From: an uncultured bacterium
GTDB lineage: Bacteria; Verrucomicrobiota; Kiritimatiellia; PWTM01
DNA: 64,000 nt
Reading direction: 5' to 3'
Assembly: GCA_938010045.1 (NCBI GenBank)
Contig: CALLFZ010000020.1
Span: 38,754-102,753 of the forward strand
In this document: piece after piece, positions 20,218 to 29,960 of the stretch
Layout: every line of letters begins with the position of its first letter
Position numbering within the stretch: the stretch's first letter is position 1
Notes under the pieces: generated by a model
The model's database searches: none
What the model saw: only the letters and a program-made list of their open reading frames with translations
What the model was told of the DNA's origin: nothing
Program-made: the position numbers and the translations under genes

Positions 20218-21027
20218 TCACCGGCTGAACCACAACACCAAAGCGGCCAGCACCAGGCGATAGACCGCAAAGGCGTCCATGCGGTGTCGCGACAGATAGG
20301 CCATGAGCCACCGGATCGCCAGCAGACCGACACCGAACGAGACGACGAGTCCGACCACGAAAAACGGCCACCACTCGGCCGACAATGTGCGGCCGCCGCG
20401 CCAGACAGCGAACAACGACGCGATCGTGAGCACCGGCACCGCCGCGAAAAACGAGTACTGGGTGGCCGCGCGGCGCTCGAGGCCCAGGGCCATCCCCCCG
20501 AGGATCGTGGCGGCCGACCGCGACACGCCCGGCCAGAGAGCGAGGCACTGGAAGAAACCGATCCCCAGGGCGAGACGCCAGCCGATCTGGTCGAGCCCGT
20601 TGACCACCGGCGCCCGAGAAGGCCATCGTTCCGCCAGCAGCATCCACACGGCGCCGGCGGCCAACCCTACCGCCACCAGCGGCGGTTGGAACATATGCCG
20701 TTCCAGAACGCCGTGGGTCAGGCCGCCGAGCAGCACGGCGGGCAGCGTCGTGAGCCCCAACAACCCCAAACCGCGAGGGCCGGCCAAAGCGCCGGCGGCG
20801 GACCGTCGCGGGTTCACCAACGCGGCAAATCGTGCCGGAAATGCGGCCACCACCGCCAGGATCGCGCCCAACTGGATCACCACATCAAACGAACTCTGCA
20901 CCTGCGCGGGGATCTGCAAGATGTGGCCGGCCAGAATGAGGTGTCCCGTGGACGATACGGGAATGTATTCGGTCAGCCCTTCGATGAGCCCCATCAGCGC
21001 GGCCGACCTGAGTCCGGTGGACTGCAT
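20218..21027 (-). CDS. uppP: Undecaprenyl-diphosphate phosphatase
   Basis: GLIEGLTEYIPVSSTGH, IQLGAILAV, PGVSRSAATI. Confidence 0.96.
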   Translation of the reverse strand: MQSTGLRSAALMGLIEGLTEYIPVSSTGHLILAGHILQIPAQVQSSFDVVIQLGAILAVVAAFPARFAALVNPRRSAAGALAGPRGLGLLGLTTLPAVLLGGLTHGVLERHMFQPPLVAVGLAAGAVWMLLAERWPSRAPVVNGLDQIGWRLALGIGFFQCLALWPGVSRSAATILGGMALGLERRAATQYSFFAAVPVLTIASLFAVWRGGRTLSAEWWPFFVVGLVVSFGVGLLAIRWLMAYLSRHRMDAFAVYRLVLAALVLWFSR

Positions 21028-21042
21028 TCGAGGGTCCTTGCC

Positions 21043-23127
21043 TTAGGGCGTGCCCGCGGGCAGCCACTGGACCGCGTCAACGACGACGTGGCCGCATGTA
21101 CGCTCGTTCGTGATCCGCACTTCAGCCGGCCGATTGGTCGTGAACCGAAATTGGCCGAGCGACGTGACGAGGCCGTCCAGCGGCGGTGGTCGGGTCTGAT
21201 CCACTTCGACGACGTTCGTACCGTCGGCATGGACGATCGTAACCGGCACAGCGGGCGCGCGGTTTGGGGCCGTCGAATAGGCGAGACGCACTTCGTAGAG
21301 GCCAGGCTCGGGCAGATGCGCGCGGAACACGGCGCGGCACTCTCCCTTCGCGCGCCCCGCGTCGTGCAGGTAGCGATCGCCCACCCATCGCCCCGTGGCG
21401 CGACTCTCCTGCCAGTCGCCGGCGAGTTCGGCCGCCCGATCGTCCACCACGATGCCGGACAGCGTCGGGCTTCCGGCGGCCCTCCGGCCGGCCCATTCAA
21501 GGACCTGCCCATCGGCGAGCAGCCGCTCCCGCAGCCGCTCATAGGGCACGTCCTGAACGGCCGCGCCTTCATCAATCGCCAGCACGGCGATGGTTGCCGC
21601 ACTCTGGCCCAGAATCATGAACACTGGCTCCATTCGCACCGAGCCGTACGCCGCGTGGCTCGCGCTCACGCACACGGGCACCACCAGATTGCGGCACTCG
21701 GACCGTTTGGGCAGCAGACAGCCGCGCGGAATACCATACGGCTCGACCTTCACACCGATGTCGCCCTCGTTCTGCACGGTTCCCTCCGGCGTCACATAGC
21801 GCCAAACGTTGTGGGAGTCGATCGTGTACGACCCCATGCCGACCGGCTCCGAAATTGGCCGGCGGCCGAGGAGATGCTGATCGGTCAGCACGACCTCGCC
21901 GATCATGCGTCGTGCCTCCCGCACGTACAGTTGATGCGGCCAGTGGCCATTGTCGGTGAATTCGTCCTTCGCCAGACCCCACCGGCTCATCCGCTCCCGG
22001 ATCTCGGCCGGGACGCGGGGATCGTGGGTGAGGAAGTACATCAGCCCCTTCTGATAGCGTTCGTGCTCGCGCACGATCTCGCGTCGCCGTTCGTAATCGG
22101 CCTCGGGATAGTCATGGTTCATGCCGATGTTGTCGGTGCTGAACGGACCGTGGTTGTTCGTGTCGGTCTTGCGGTTCGGGATCGGATCGAACTTCGCAAA
22201 CACGTCACGCCAGCCGGTCTCGAACACGCGGATCAACAGCTCATACTGGAACGGGTCGTATCCCTCGGGCTTCTCGAACGGCACGCGGTTCTCCGGGTGA
22301 TCGGTTAGGCACATCCGGAAGCAATAGGCCTGCACGCCGCGGTCGCCGGTCCCGTTTTTGCCGGGTGGCGTCGGCGAGATGCGCGGCAGCAGCCCGCTCG
22401 ACGGATCGCCCTTGCGCACGTATGGGTCCACCGGCTTCGCGAAATAGTGCGCGTGGTGGAACACGCCGTTCTGCACTCCGTTCCACTGTTCGCCGTACAC
22501 GTCATTGCCTTCGCGCCCCACGTGATACGACACACCGGCCGCAGCCATCAGATCGCCCTCATAGGTCGCGTCGAGGAACATCCGCCCGCGATACACGTGG
22601 CCGCTGAGCATCCGGATCGAGCGGATCGTGCCTTGCTCGAGTTCGACGCCGGCTCCACCACGATCAAGCCACTCGTCGCGAACCACGGGGATGCGGTGTT
22701 CAGTGATCAGCTCTTCAAACACGCGCTCCGCCACGTGGGGTTCAAACACCCACATCGTGCGATACTCGCCATCTATGGCGGGCGTTCCCTGTCCCCGGTT
22801 GCCGTACTCTTCGCGTCGCTGCCACCGCCAGGCCTCGTCGCGTTGGTAATGTTTCCAAATGCGGTGGTAGAACTCGCGCGCGAGTCCCCCAATCACCGCC
22901 TTGTTGCCCGTGTCGGTCCACCCGAGCCCGCCGGACGACAACCCGCCCAGATGGCGGTCAGGCCCCACGAGAATCACAGACTTCCCCATGCGCACCACCT
23001 GTACGGCCGCCATCACGCCGGCCGACGTGCCGCCGTACACGATCACGTCCGCCTCGCGCACCTCGGCGCCAGGAACCGTCGCGACCGCCAGCAGCAGCAC
23101 TCCCGCTGTCCGATGTCGAGTCCGCAT
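21043..23127 (-). CDS. Exported FAD-dependent oxidoreductase with C-terminal golvesin/carbohydrate-binding-like domain
   Basis: Signal peptide; DVIVYGGTSAG, DATYEGDL, YVREARR, RMEPVFM; C-terminal VVVDAVQW domain. Confidence 0.85.
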   Translation of the reverse strand: MRTRHRTAGVLLLAVATVPGAEVREADVIVYGGTSAGVMAAVQVVRMGKSVILVGPDRHLGGLSSGGLGWTDTGNKAVIGGLAREFYHRIWKHYQRDEAWRWQRREEYGNRGQGTPAIDGEYRTMWVFEPHVAERVFEELITEHRIPVVRDEWLDRGGAGVELEQGTIRSIRMLSGHVYRGRMFLDATYEGDLMAAAGVSYHVGREGNDVYGEQWNGVQNGVFHHAHYFAKPVDPYVRKGDPSSGLLPRISPTPPGKNGTGDRGVQAYCFRMCLTDHPENRVPFEKPEGYDPFQYELLIRVFETGWRDVFAKFDPIPNRKTDTNNHGPFSTDNIGMNHDYPEADYERRREIVREHERYQKGLMYFLTHDPRVPAEIRERMSRWGLAKDEFTDNGHWPHQLYVREARRMIGEVVLTDQHLLGRRPISEPVGMGSYTIDSHNVWRYVTPEGTVQNEGDIGVKVEPYGIPRGCLLPKRSECRNLVVPVCVSASHAAYGSVRMEPVFMILGQSAATIAVLAIDEGAAVQDVPYERLRERLLADGQVLEWAGRRAAGSPTLSGIVVDDRAAELAGDWQESRATGRWVGDRYLHDAGRAKGECRAVFRAHLPEPGLYEVRLAYSTAPNRAPAVPVTIVHADGTNVVEVDQTRPPPLDGLVTSLGQFRFTTNRPAEVRITNERTCGHVVVDAVQWLPAGTP

Positions 23128-23152
23128 GATCGTCTCCGTCCTTCCGCGCCGT

Positions 23153-24379
23153 TCAGTCGATCGCGTGCACGAACAAGCCCGACCTGAGCTTCGGATCGAA
23201 CCACGTACTTTTGGGCGGCATGACCTGGCCGGCATCGGCCACGGCCATGATGTGCTCCATGGAGACCGCCGGCACGGCGAACACAGCGGCCGCACGCCCG
23301 TCGGCCAGCCGAGCCGCGAGTTCCGCGACGCTTCGCTCGCCGCCAACAAAGCTGAGGCGCGGATCGCGCCGTGGTTCGCGGATGCCGAGCACCGGCCCCA
23401 GCAGGCGGTCCTGTAGAATTTGGACGTCCAGAGAACGCACGGGGTCGGTCGGCCGGGCTCCAGCCGCGCGCAGCCGCCACCAGCCGCCGCGCAGCCCCAT
23501 CGTCACCTCGCCCTTGGCCGCCGGCGCAGGGCCCGGAAGCGGTTCTACCTCGAACCCTTCCCGAACGCGGCGAAGAAGGTCCGCCTCGGACAGTCCGCCC
23601 AAATCGCTGACGCACCGCTGATATGGCAGGATGCGCAGACTCGCTGCAGGGAAGAACACCGCCATCACCCACGCCCACTCCGCGTCGGTCTCGGCCGGCA
23701 CCGAGCCGCCCGCACGCTCACGGGCGACGCGCGCGGCGGCCGCGGCGCGGTGATGCCCATCCGCGATGTAGGCGACCGGCTCCGCGTCCATTAGATTCAA
23801 CCAGTCGTCCGCATCCATCAGACGCCAACCGCGATGGCACACGCCATCCGGCGCCGTGAACTCGAATAGCGGATCGAGTCGCGCCGCGGCCTCCCGCGCG
23901 GCGCGCGCCAGCGCGCCCGCACGATCCCGCACCGCGAGCAACACCGGCCCCGACTGAATGCCGGTCACCGCGATGTGGCGCGCACGATCCTGCTCGGGCT
24001 CCGGCCGGGTGTGTTCGTGTTTCCGCACAATCCCCCGCTCGTAGTCGGCCACGTGGTAGAGCGCGACCAGGCCGATCTGCGAGTGCTCCTTCACCGCCTG
24101 CTCATACAAAAACAGGGAAGGATCGTTGTCCTGGACCATCCATTCGCGCTCGCAGAACCGGCGCCAGTGTTCGGCGGCGCGCTCGTACACCGCCGGCGAT
24201 GTCGCGGGGATCTCCGGCGGCAACTCGAGATCGGCACGCGACACCCGCAAAAAGCACGCGGGATTGCCGTCCGCCATGCGCGCGGCTTCTTCGCGGCTCA
24301 CCACATCATACGGCGGACTCGCCACCCGTTCGGCCCAGCCCGCCGCGGGCCGAAACGCTCGAAAAGCTCGAATTCTCAT
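23153..24379 (-). CDS. DUF1015-family protein
   Basis: SPPYDVV, KHEHT, YIADGHHR, MPPKSTWFDPKLRSGL. Confidence 0.92.
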   Translation of the reverse strand: MRIRAFRAFRPAAGWAERVASPPYDVVSREEAARMADGNPACFLRVSRADLELPPEIPATSPAVYERAAEHWRRFCEREWMVQDNDPSLFLYEQAVKEHSQIGLVALYHVADYERGIVRKHEHTRPEPEQDRARHIAVTGIQSGPVLLAVRDRAGALARAAREAAARLDPLFEFTAPDGVCHRGWRLMDADDWLNLMDAEPVAYIADGHHRAAAAARVARERAGGSVPAETDAEWAWVMAVFFPAASLRILPYQRCVSDLGGLSEADLLRRVREGFEVEPLPGPAPAAKGEVTMGLRGGWWRLRAAGARPTDPVRSLDVQILQDRLLGPVLGIREPRRDPRLSFVGGERSVAELAARLADGRAAAVFAVPAVSMEHIMAVADAGQVMPPKSTWFDPKLRSGLFVHAID

Positions 24380-24406
24380 CTTTCGTACGCCCGGGGTCAA
24401 AGCGGC

Positions 24407-24435
24407 ATCGTAGCGGCGCGCCGGGCCGGCCGCAA
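24407..24435 (-). promoter_or_regulatory. Sigma70-type promoter for the DUF1015 gene
   Basis: Minus strand TTGCGG-N17-TACGAT. Confidence 0.5.
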
Positions 24436-24467
24436 ACCGGGGTGTCGAACAGGGGCTTCGCCGGCCT

Positions 24468-25427
24468 TCAGCCGGAGCCACGGCGTTGCCGCCCCCGGCC
24501 CCACGTGCCGTCCAACCACTCGAGCGTCGGCGCCAGCGCCACTGCATCCGCGATCGGCGCCAGCTCCGGCATTCGGTGCACGTCGTCCATCCGGATCGGC
24601 GCGCTGTCCGGCAGGACCGGATCGAGCCGATGATACCGTTCGCCGAGCAATTGCCGACACTGATAGTCCGGCACGCCCATCCCCCCTTCCATCAGGATGT
24701 CGAGGAGCGGCCGGCTCCATTGCGCCAGCCCCCAATCGTGCCGACCTCCCTCGATCCGCAGTAAAGGATGGCCCGTGCCGATCGAGAACAGCACGATCGA
24801 GGACATCGGCGGCCGTGGCCCCTCGTTGCGCGGGTCCTGTGTCTGCGCCAGCGCAGCCATCGAGGGATTGTTCGCGATCACGCCGCCATCAATGTACCCA
24901 TCGGCCGAAGGAAAGTACGTCGGCGCGGCCGAGCTGTAGAGCGCCACGTCGCGGATCAACCGCTCGCCGTCGCTGTCCGGCCCAGGAAAATTGTGAAAGA
25001 ACTTCGGCGCCCAGCTCCGGCGGGCGGGGTCGGGCGATTCGTTGTCCAGATCGAAGGCCACGATCAACACACGCACCGGCAAGTCGCGCAACCTCAGATC
25101 CCCGAACACGTCGCGCAGCACCCGCCGCAGGCCACGGTCGTCGTACTGCGCGCCGACGGTCCGACCGAGGTCGCGGAGGTTGTCCAGCCAAGTGTCCCGG
25201 AAAATGTCCGGCGCGTGCCGCTCGTAGAGGGCCATCAGCTCGCGCGGCGTGCGGCCCGTGGCCAGTCCGAGCCCGAGCAACGCACCCGTCGAGGTCCCCG
25301 CGATCAGATCGGCGCGCCTCCACCAGCCGGGCCGAGATTCCGCAAGACGGTCCATCAGCCGCGCGGCGAGCCACCCGCGCACGCCACCGCCATCGAGCGA
25401 CAGGATTCGATATCGACGGCGCGCCAT
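24468..25427 (-). CDS. Patatin-like phospholipase
   Basis: LSLDGGGVRG, GTSTG nucleophile motif, SAAPTYF, DGGVIANNP. Confidence 0.92.
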   Translation of the reverse strand: MARRRYRILSLDGGGVRGWLAARLMDRLAESRPGWWRRADLIAGTSTGALLGLGLATGRTPRELMALYERHAPDIFRDTWLDNLRDLGRTVGAQYDDRGLRRVLRDVFGDLRLRDLPVRVLIVAFDLDNESPDPARRSWAPKFFHNFPGPDSDGERLIRDVALYSSAAPTYFPSADGYIDGGVIANNPSMAALAQTQDPRNEGPRPPMSSIVLFSIGTGHPLLRIEGGRHDWGLAQWSRPLLDILMEGGMGVPDYQCRQLLGERYHRLDPVLPDSAPIRMDDVHRMPELAPIADAVALAPTLEWLDGTWGRGRQRRGSG

Positions 25428-25431
25428 CCCC

Positions 25432-26133
25432 TCACCAGTGGATCGTGAATGCGCCGCTGCGGAGCTGCGGCTTCATCTCGGCCCACGGCACCCACCGCAC
25501 GGAGCCATCGAGCATCCCCTCGTTGGCGCCGAGCGGGTAGCGGCCGCGTAGGTGATTCACGCCGCGCCGAGTGTCTGGCCCGTACCAGCCATAGCCGCTC
25601 CATTCGCGCGTCACATCCACCCACAACACGCGCACCGAGGGCTGGTCCGTCGCCCGCGTCGGGAATATCGGCGACCGCGTGTGGGGCTGCAGCGGGCTCC
25701 AGCCGTTGAACACGTAGGGGTTGTCCTTCGCAAGGTACGTGTAGCCCCACACCGACATCTGTCCACCGTACGACCAGTTCCAGAAGTAATCAAAGTCCCA
25801 GTCGCGCCGGTTCGCGGGACAGTAACAGTGGCCGCGCGTGATGCCGTACGAGGCGACCAACACATTGCTGTGCAGGTAGGCGAAATAGTACGGAGAGGAG
25901 TTTTGCGCATGGATCACGGGATACCGGCCGCCAAAGTCCCCGACGGCGGCCTCGGTCGCCGTCAGCAACACATGGAGGTTCGAGGCGCACGACGCGCGCC
26001 GCGCCCGCTCCTGCGCCCCCGAAATCCCGGGTACCAGGATCAGAATCAGAATCCCAATGATTCCGATGACCGCTAGCAGCTCGACCAGCGTGAATCCGCC
26101 ATTCCGACGCGCCCCCGATCTCCGCCGACTCAT
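25432..26133 (-). CDS. Prepilin-type N-terminal cleavage/methylation protein with H-X9-DG-like C-terminus
   Basis: GFTLVELLAVIGII, ARRASCASNL, C-terminal H...GANEGMLDGSV. Confidence 0.88.
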   Translation of the reverse strand: MSRRRSGARRNGGFTLVELLAVIGIIGILILILVPGISGAQERARRASCASNLHVLLTATEAAVGDFGGRYPVIHAQNSSPYYFAYLHSNVLVASYGITRGHCYCPANRRDWDFDYFWNWSYGGQMSVWGYTYLAKDNPYVFNGWSPLQPHTRSPIFPTRATDQPSVRVLWVDVTREWSGYGWYGPDTRRGVNHLRGRYPLGANEGMLDGSVRWVPWAEMKPQLRSGAFTIHW

Positions 26134-27440
26134 ACCAGCGGATCGGCGCCGGTCGCGATCGGATGGAACAGGCCCGGCCCAGGTTTCCACGCGGACGGCT
26201 CCGGAACCAGCGCGTTCTTCGACGCGTTGAGTAGCCACTCCCATGAGAACGACTTGCCGGTGTAGGCCGCGATGCGCGCGCCGATCGCCGTCAGTGTGCT
26301 CTCCGCAATCCGGACGCCCTCGTTCAGCGGCTGGCCGGCCCGTATGCTCCGGATCAGGTCCACGTGCTCCTGCTCCTGCCCGTTCACCGACGGACCCGCG
26401 TAAGCCCAGACCGTCTTGCCGTCATGGCTCATGATCCGGCCCGCACAGTCGCTCCAGCCCTTCGCGCCGACGATCTTTTCGCCGTGCCGTTGGGTCCCCG
26501 GTCCGTGACCACAGAAGCTCAGGCACCGGGCGCCGTTCGGATACTCCAGCTCCGCCGCGATGTGGTCCCAGATGTCGCCGTTATACTTGACCCAGTCGGC
26601 CTCGTTGCCCAACGCCTTGGCGACCGCCCGGGCTTGATCCGAGTAATCGCGCCAGCCGCGCCCGCCGACCGCCGTGAACTTCTTTGGCGGTCCGTCGAAG
26701 CACCAGTTCATCACATCGATGTTGTGAATGTGCTGCTCGACGATCTGGTCGCCCGACAACCACGTAAAGTGGTACCAGTTGTGGCACTGCCACTCCATCT
26801 CGCTCATGCCGGCCTCGATGCCCCGGTACCAGATGCTGCCGCCGTACCAATAGCACTGGCCGCCGACCAACTCGCCAATCGCGCCTTCGTGGATGCGCTT
26901 CATCAGCTCGACCCGCGCCGGCTCATGCCGCCGCTGCGTACCCGCGACGATCGCGAGTTTCTTCTGCTCAGCCAGCCGCGAGGCCTCGATGAACAGCCGG
27001 CATCCCGCGACATCCGTCGCGACCGGCTTCTCGGTGAAGATGTGCTTACCCGCCTGCACCGCGGCCATCATCTGCCACGGCCGGAACGCCGGCGCGGTGG
27101 CCATGAGCAGAAGGTGTGTGTCGGTCTTCGCGAGCGCCTCGTGGCACTGGAAGCCGCCGAATATCGCATCGTCCGGCACCCGCACGCGATTTTTGAACTT
27201 CGGATCCTTCAGCAGCGAGTCCCGCAGGCGCCGCGCCTTCTCCGGAAAGAGATCCGCCAGCGCGACCACCACCACGCCGGGATCGGCCATCAGGCAGTGC
27301 TTCACCGCACCGCTGCCGCGCCCGCCACAGCCGAGCAACCCCACGCGAATCTCGTCCGACCCCGCCGCATACGCTGCACGCGCGGCCGCGAGCCCCGCCG
27401 CCACTCCGCCTGCCGTCATTCTTGACATCGTTGCACTCAT
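26130..27440 (-). CDS. Gfo/Idh/MocA-family oxidoreductase (paralog 2)
   Basis: GLLGCGGRG, HIFTEKPVA, GTQRRH, WLSGDQIVEQHIHNID. Confidence 0.9.
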   Translation of the reverse strand: MSATMSRMTAGGVAAGLAAARAAYAAGSDEIRVGLLGCGGRGSGAVKHCLMADPGVVVVALADLFPEKARRLRDSLLKDPKFKNRVRVPDDAIFGGFQCHEALAKTDTHLLLMATAPAFRPWQMMAAVQAGKHIFTEKPVATDVAGCRLFIEASRLAEQKKLAIVAGTQRRHEPARVELMKRIHEGAIGELVGGQCYWYGGSIWYRGIEAGMSEMEWQCHNWYHFTWLSGDQIVEQHIHNIDVMNWCFDGPPKKFTAVGGRGWRDYSDQARAVAKALGNEADWVKYNGDIWDHIAAELEYPNGARCLSFCGHGPGTQRHGEKIVGAKGWSDCAGRIMSHDGKTVWAYAGPSVNGQEQEHVDLIRSIRAGQPLNEGVRIAESTLTAIGARIAAYTGKSFSWEWLLNASKNALVPEPSAWKPGPGLFHPIATGADPLV

Positions 27441-27484
27441 CCTCGCCTCTCCCTTCCAACCGGTCGCGTCCATCCACCCGCCGC

Positions 27485-28774
27485 TCATGTCCGTTTCCCC
27501 TTCTCCTCCACCACCAGCCCCGGCAATTGATACTTGCCCGGTACGGCCACCGGCGGCACTGGCATCGGGTCGCTCATCTTGAGGTCCGACCGCGGCCGCA
27601 GATCCAGCTCACAACGCTGCAGGAACCACTCCCGCTTCATCTGCTGACGAGTGTAGGCGGACTCGCGCGCCATGATCGCGCACATCGTGCTCTCTGTGAC
27701 CTGCCGCGCCTCGTTCAGGTACGCGCCGCCCCGGATACTCTCGATGAGATGCCGGTGCTCCTCCACGTACGGGTTCGGCGTCGGTCCCTCGTACCGCCAT
27801 TTCACCTCCCCCTCAATCACACCGGCGCAGTTGCTCCACCCCTTCGTGCCCACCACCCGCTCGCTCACGTTGCCCGCCGAACCCTCGATCTGCCGGCACA
27901 GGCTGATCGTGCGCACGTCGCCCGGATAGAAGAATTCCGTGCCGAAGTGATCGTAGATGTGGCCATACTCCGGCGCGGTCCGGAACTGCCGGCCGCCGAG
28001 CGAATGGACCTGATCCGGCAGAGCGCCCATCGCCCAGTTGATCACATCAATGTTGTGCACGTGCTGCTCGACGATATGATCGCCCGATAGCCACACGAAA
28101 TAGAGCCAGTTGCGAAGCTGCCACTCGATGTCGCTCTGGTTCGGCTCACGCTTCTTCACCCAAAGACCACCCTGATTCCAGTAGCACTGCGCCGAGACGA
28201 TTTGGCCGATCGCGCCATCGCGAATGCGCTTCATCGTCTCCATGTACTTCGGATCATGCCGCCGCTGCGTGCCGGCCGCGACGCAGAGCTTCTTCGCGAC
28301 TGACTTCTCCGCCGCCTCGAGCATCTGCCGCACGCCCGCCGCGCACACCGCGACCGGCTTCTCGGTGAAAATGTGCTTGCCCGCCTCCACCGCGGCCGAA
28401 AAATGCAGCGGCCGGAACCCCGGCGGCGTCGCAAGGATCACCAGGTCCACCTCGCTGAGCGCGAGCACTTCGCGGTAGGCCTCGAGCCCGACAAAGCAGC
28501 GGTTGTCGGGGACCTTGAACTTTGCTTTCGCGCGCTCCACGCGATCCGCGAACGCATCGGCCAGCGCCACGATCTTCACGCCCTGAGCGGCCTCTAGACA
28601 ATTGTCCGCCGCGCCCATACCGCGGCCGCCGCATCCAATCACGCCAACCCCGATGGTGTCGGTCGCCGCCGTGTAGGCGACCCTGGGAGCCGCGCCGGCC
28701 AGCGCAAATCCGCCCGCCGCCATCGCCGTCCGTCCCAGAAACCGCCGCCGATTCATCCGTGCGATGTCCGCCAT
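27485..28774 (-). CDS. Tat-exported Gfo/Idh/MocA-family oxidoreductase (paralog 1)
   Basis: NRRRFL Tat motif; GVIGCGGRG, HIFTEKPVA, WLSGDHIVEQHVHNID. Confidence 0.9.
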   Translation of the reverse strand: MADIARMNRRRFLGRTAMAAGGFALAGAAPRVAYTAATDTIGVGVIGCGGRGMGAADNCLEAAQGVKIVALADAFADRVERAKAKFKVPDNRCFVGLEAYREVLALSEVDLVILATPPGFRPLHFSAAVEAGKHIFTEKPVAVCAAGVRQMLEAAEKSVAKKLCVAAGTQRRHDPKYMETMKRIRDGAIGQIVSAQCYWNQGGLWVKKREPNQSDIEWQLRNWLYFVWLSGDHIVEQHVHNIDVINWAMGALPDQVHSLGGRQFRTAPEYGHIYDHFGTEFFYPGDVRTISLCRQIEGSAGNVSERVVGTKGWSNCAGVIEGEVKWRYEGPTPNPYVEEHRHLIESIRGGAYLNEARQVTESTMCAIMARESAYTRQQMKREWFLQRCELDLRPRSDLKMSDPMPVPPVAVPGKYQLPGLVVEEKGKRT

Positions 28775-29021
28775 AATCATCTCCTTGTCGCGCGGGGCAC
28801 ACGCAGAACGCGCCGCCGTCGCATCAAATCCATACTCTATCCCCGGACAGCGCGTCCGCACAAGCCGCACCCCGCCCCTCGCGCCGTTTGCGCTGTGGGG
28901 CATCCGCTGGCTCAAGAGGCGTCGGCGAAGCGAATATCGTTCCCGCCAACACCCCGGCGCCACTCACCCGCGCTTCTCGCCCTTCCTCGAAAAACACGAA
29001 TGCTTCGACCATCCGCCCCCC

Positions 29022-29621
29022 TGGGGACCGGCACTTGGAACGCCCCTCGAGACCGGCACCTCGCCGGCCCTACGGCGGCGCGGGGGACAGGTACCTCTGA
29101 CGGGCACCTCTGACGGCTGAGCCCGAAACAAGCACCTCGCGGGCGGCCGCTGGGAAGAGGCACCTTGCGGGCGGATCGGGACAGACTCATGTACGGTCGG
29201 CCGGGCCGCTCGGCGTCAGTCGCCTCGCGTCAGCTACATGCAGTCGTCTTAGGGACCGTCATAGGCGCCATAGGGACAGGCACCGTTCTGGGAGCGGAAC
29301 CGGGATGGGCACTGAGAGCTCACGGGGCACAGGGTGGGGACAGGCACAGCACCGGCCGCACGAGTTCCAACGACACTTCTAACGCCGAGAGTGGGGCTGT
29401 CGTGTGCCTGTCCGCAGTCCGCTGCGGCCGTCCGCGATTGGGGACAGGCACATGCGCCGACGACGCAAAAATCTCGCTGTCCCTATGCTCTGACTTCGTA
29501 TCGGGTGCCTGTCCCCATCGGGAGTCGCGATCGATGTCGAGCGCCGCCGCGCGGAAGCCCGCGAGTGGCGAGGCCGCCGTCTGCGGCGAGCAGGGCGGGC
29601 CCGACGGTTTCCCGCCGCTGT
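29022..29621. repeat. Mosaic cluster of GGGGACAGGCAC REP-like repeats including a 79-bp inverted-repeat unit (29439-29517)
   Basis: Degenerate or exact copies near 29022, 29049, 29082, 29125, 29151, 29271, 29335, 29404 (inverted), 29439 and 29505 (inverted); homologous to 51205-51708. Confidence 0.85.
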
Positions 29622-29887
29622 TCGATAGAGGACCGGCAGACGAGGCATACATGCACTTCTATCCGCTTCTACCGGCATGCAGACCCCTCGTCGCATCTCT
29701 TGACACAATCCACAACGCGATCCCACCTACCCCTCCGACCCGCGAGCCCTCTGCGCAGGATCGCATCTTGGAACGGCGAAGCGGGGCGCTCCAGCACCGC
29801 GCCCGATGAGGACGCGCGGGTTTCTTCCGCGGGTCGCGGCGCGCCGCCTTCGGCGGTGCGCAAACGCGGACGGTGCCGGCTAGCCGC

Positions 29888-29916
29888 TTGCAGGAAGCGG
29901 CGGGGCGTCGTAGTGT
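29888..29916 (+). promoter_or_regulatory. Sigma70-type promoter for the lipoprotein gene
   Basis: TTGCAG-N17-TAGTGT. Confidence 0.45.
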
Positions 29917-29960
29917 CTGGCTGCCACGCCGATCAGCCACCGGCGGGCGGGAGATTCGTC

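Noticed and set aside
24468..25427. CBASS CapV effector or defence system
   Set aside because: Patatin motifs are present, but no CD-NTase, Cap2/3 or other defence gene is nearby; the gene sits in a metabolic run.
29022..29520. CRISPR array
   Set aside because: Repeats are only ~13 nt, degenerate and in both orientations, linkers resemble each other, and there are no cas genes in the window.
29165..29809. ORFs 29165-29809 and 51204-51389 sharing GTGT.ADDA.IS...SGACPH
   Set aside because: The shared peptide is the translation of the repeat element; frames and lengths are not conserved beyond it.
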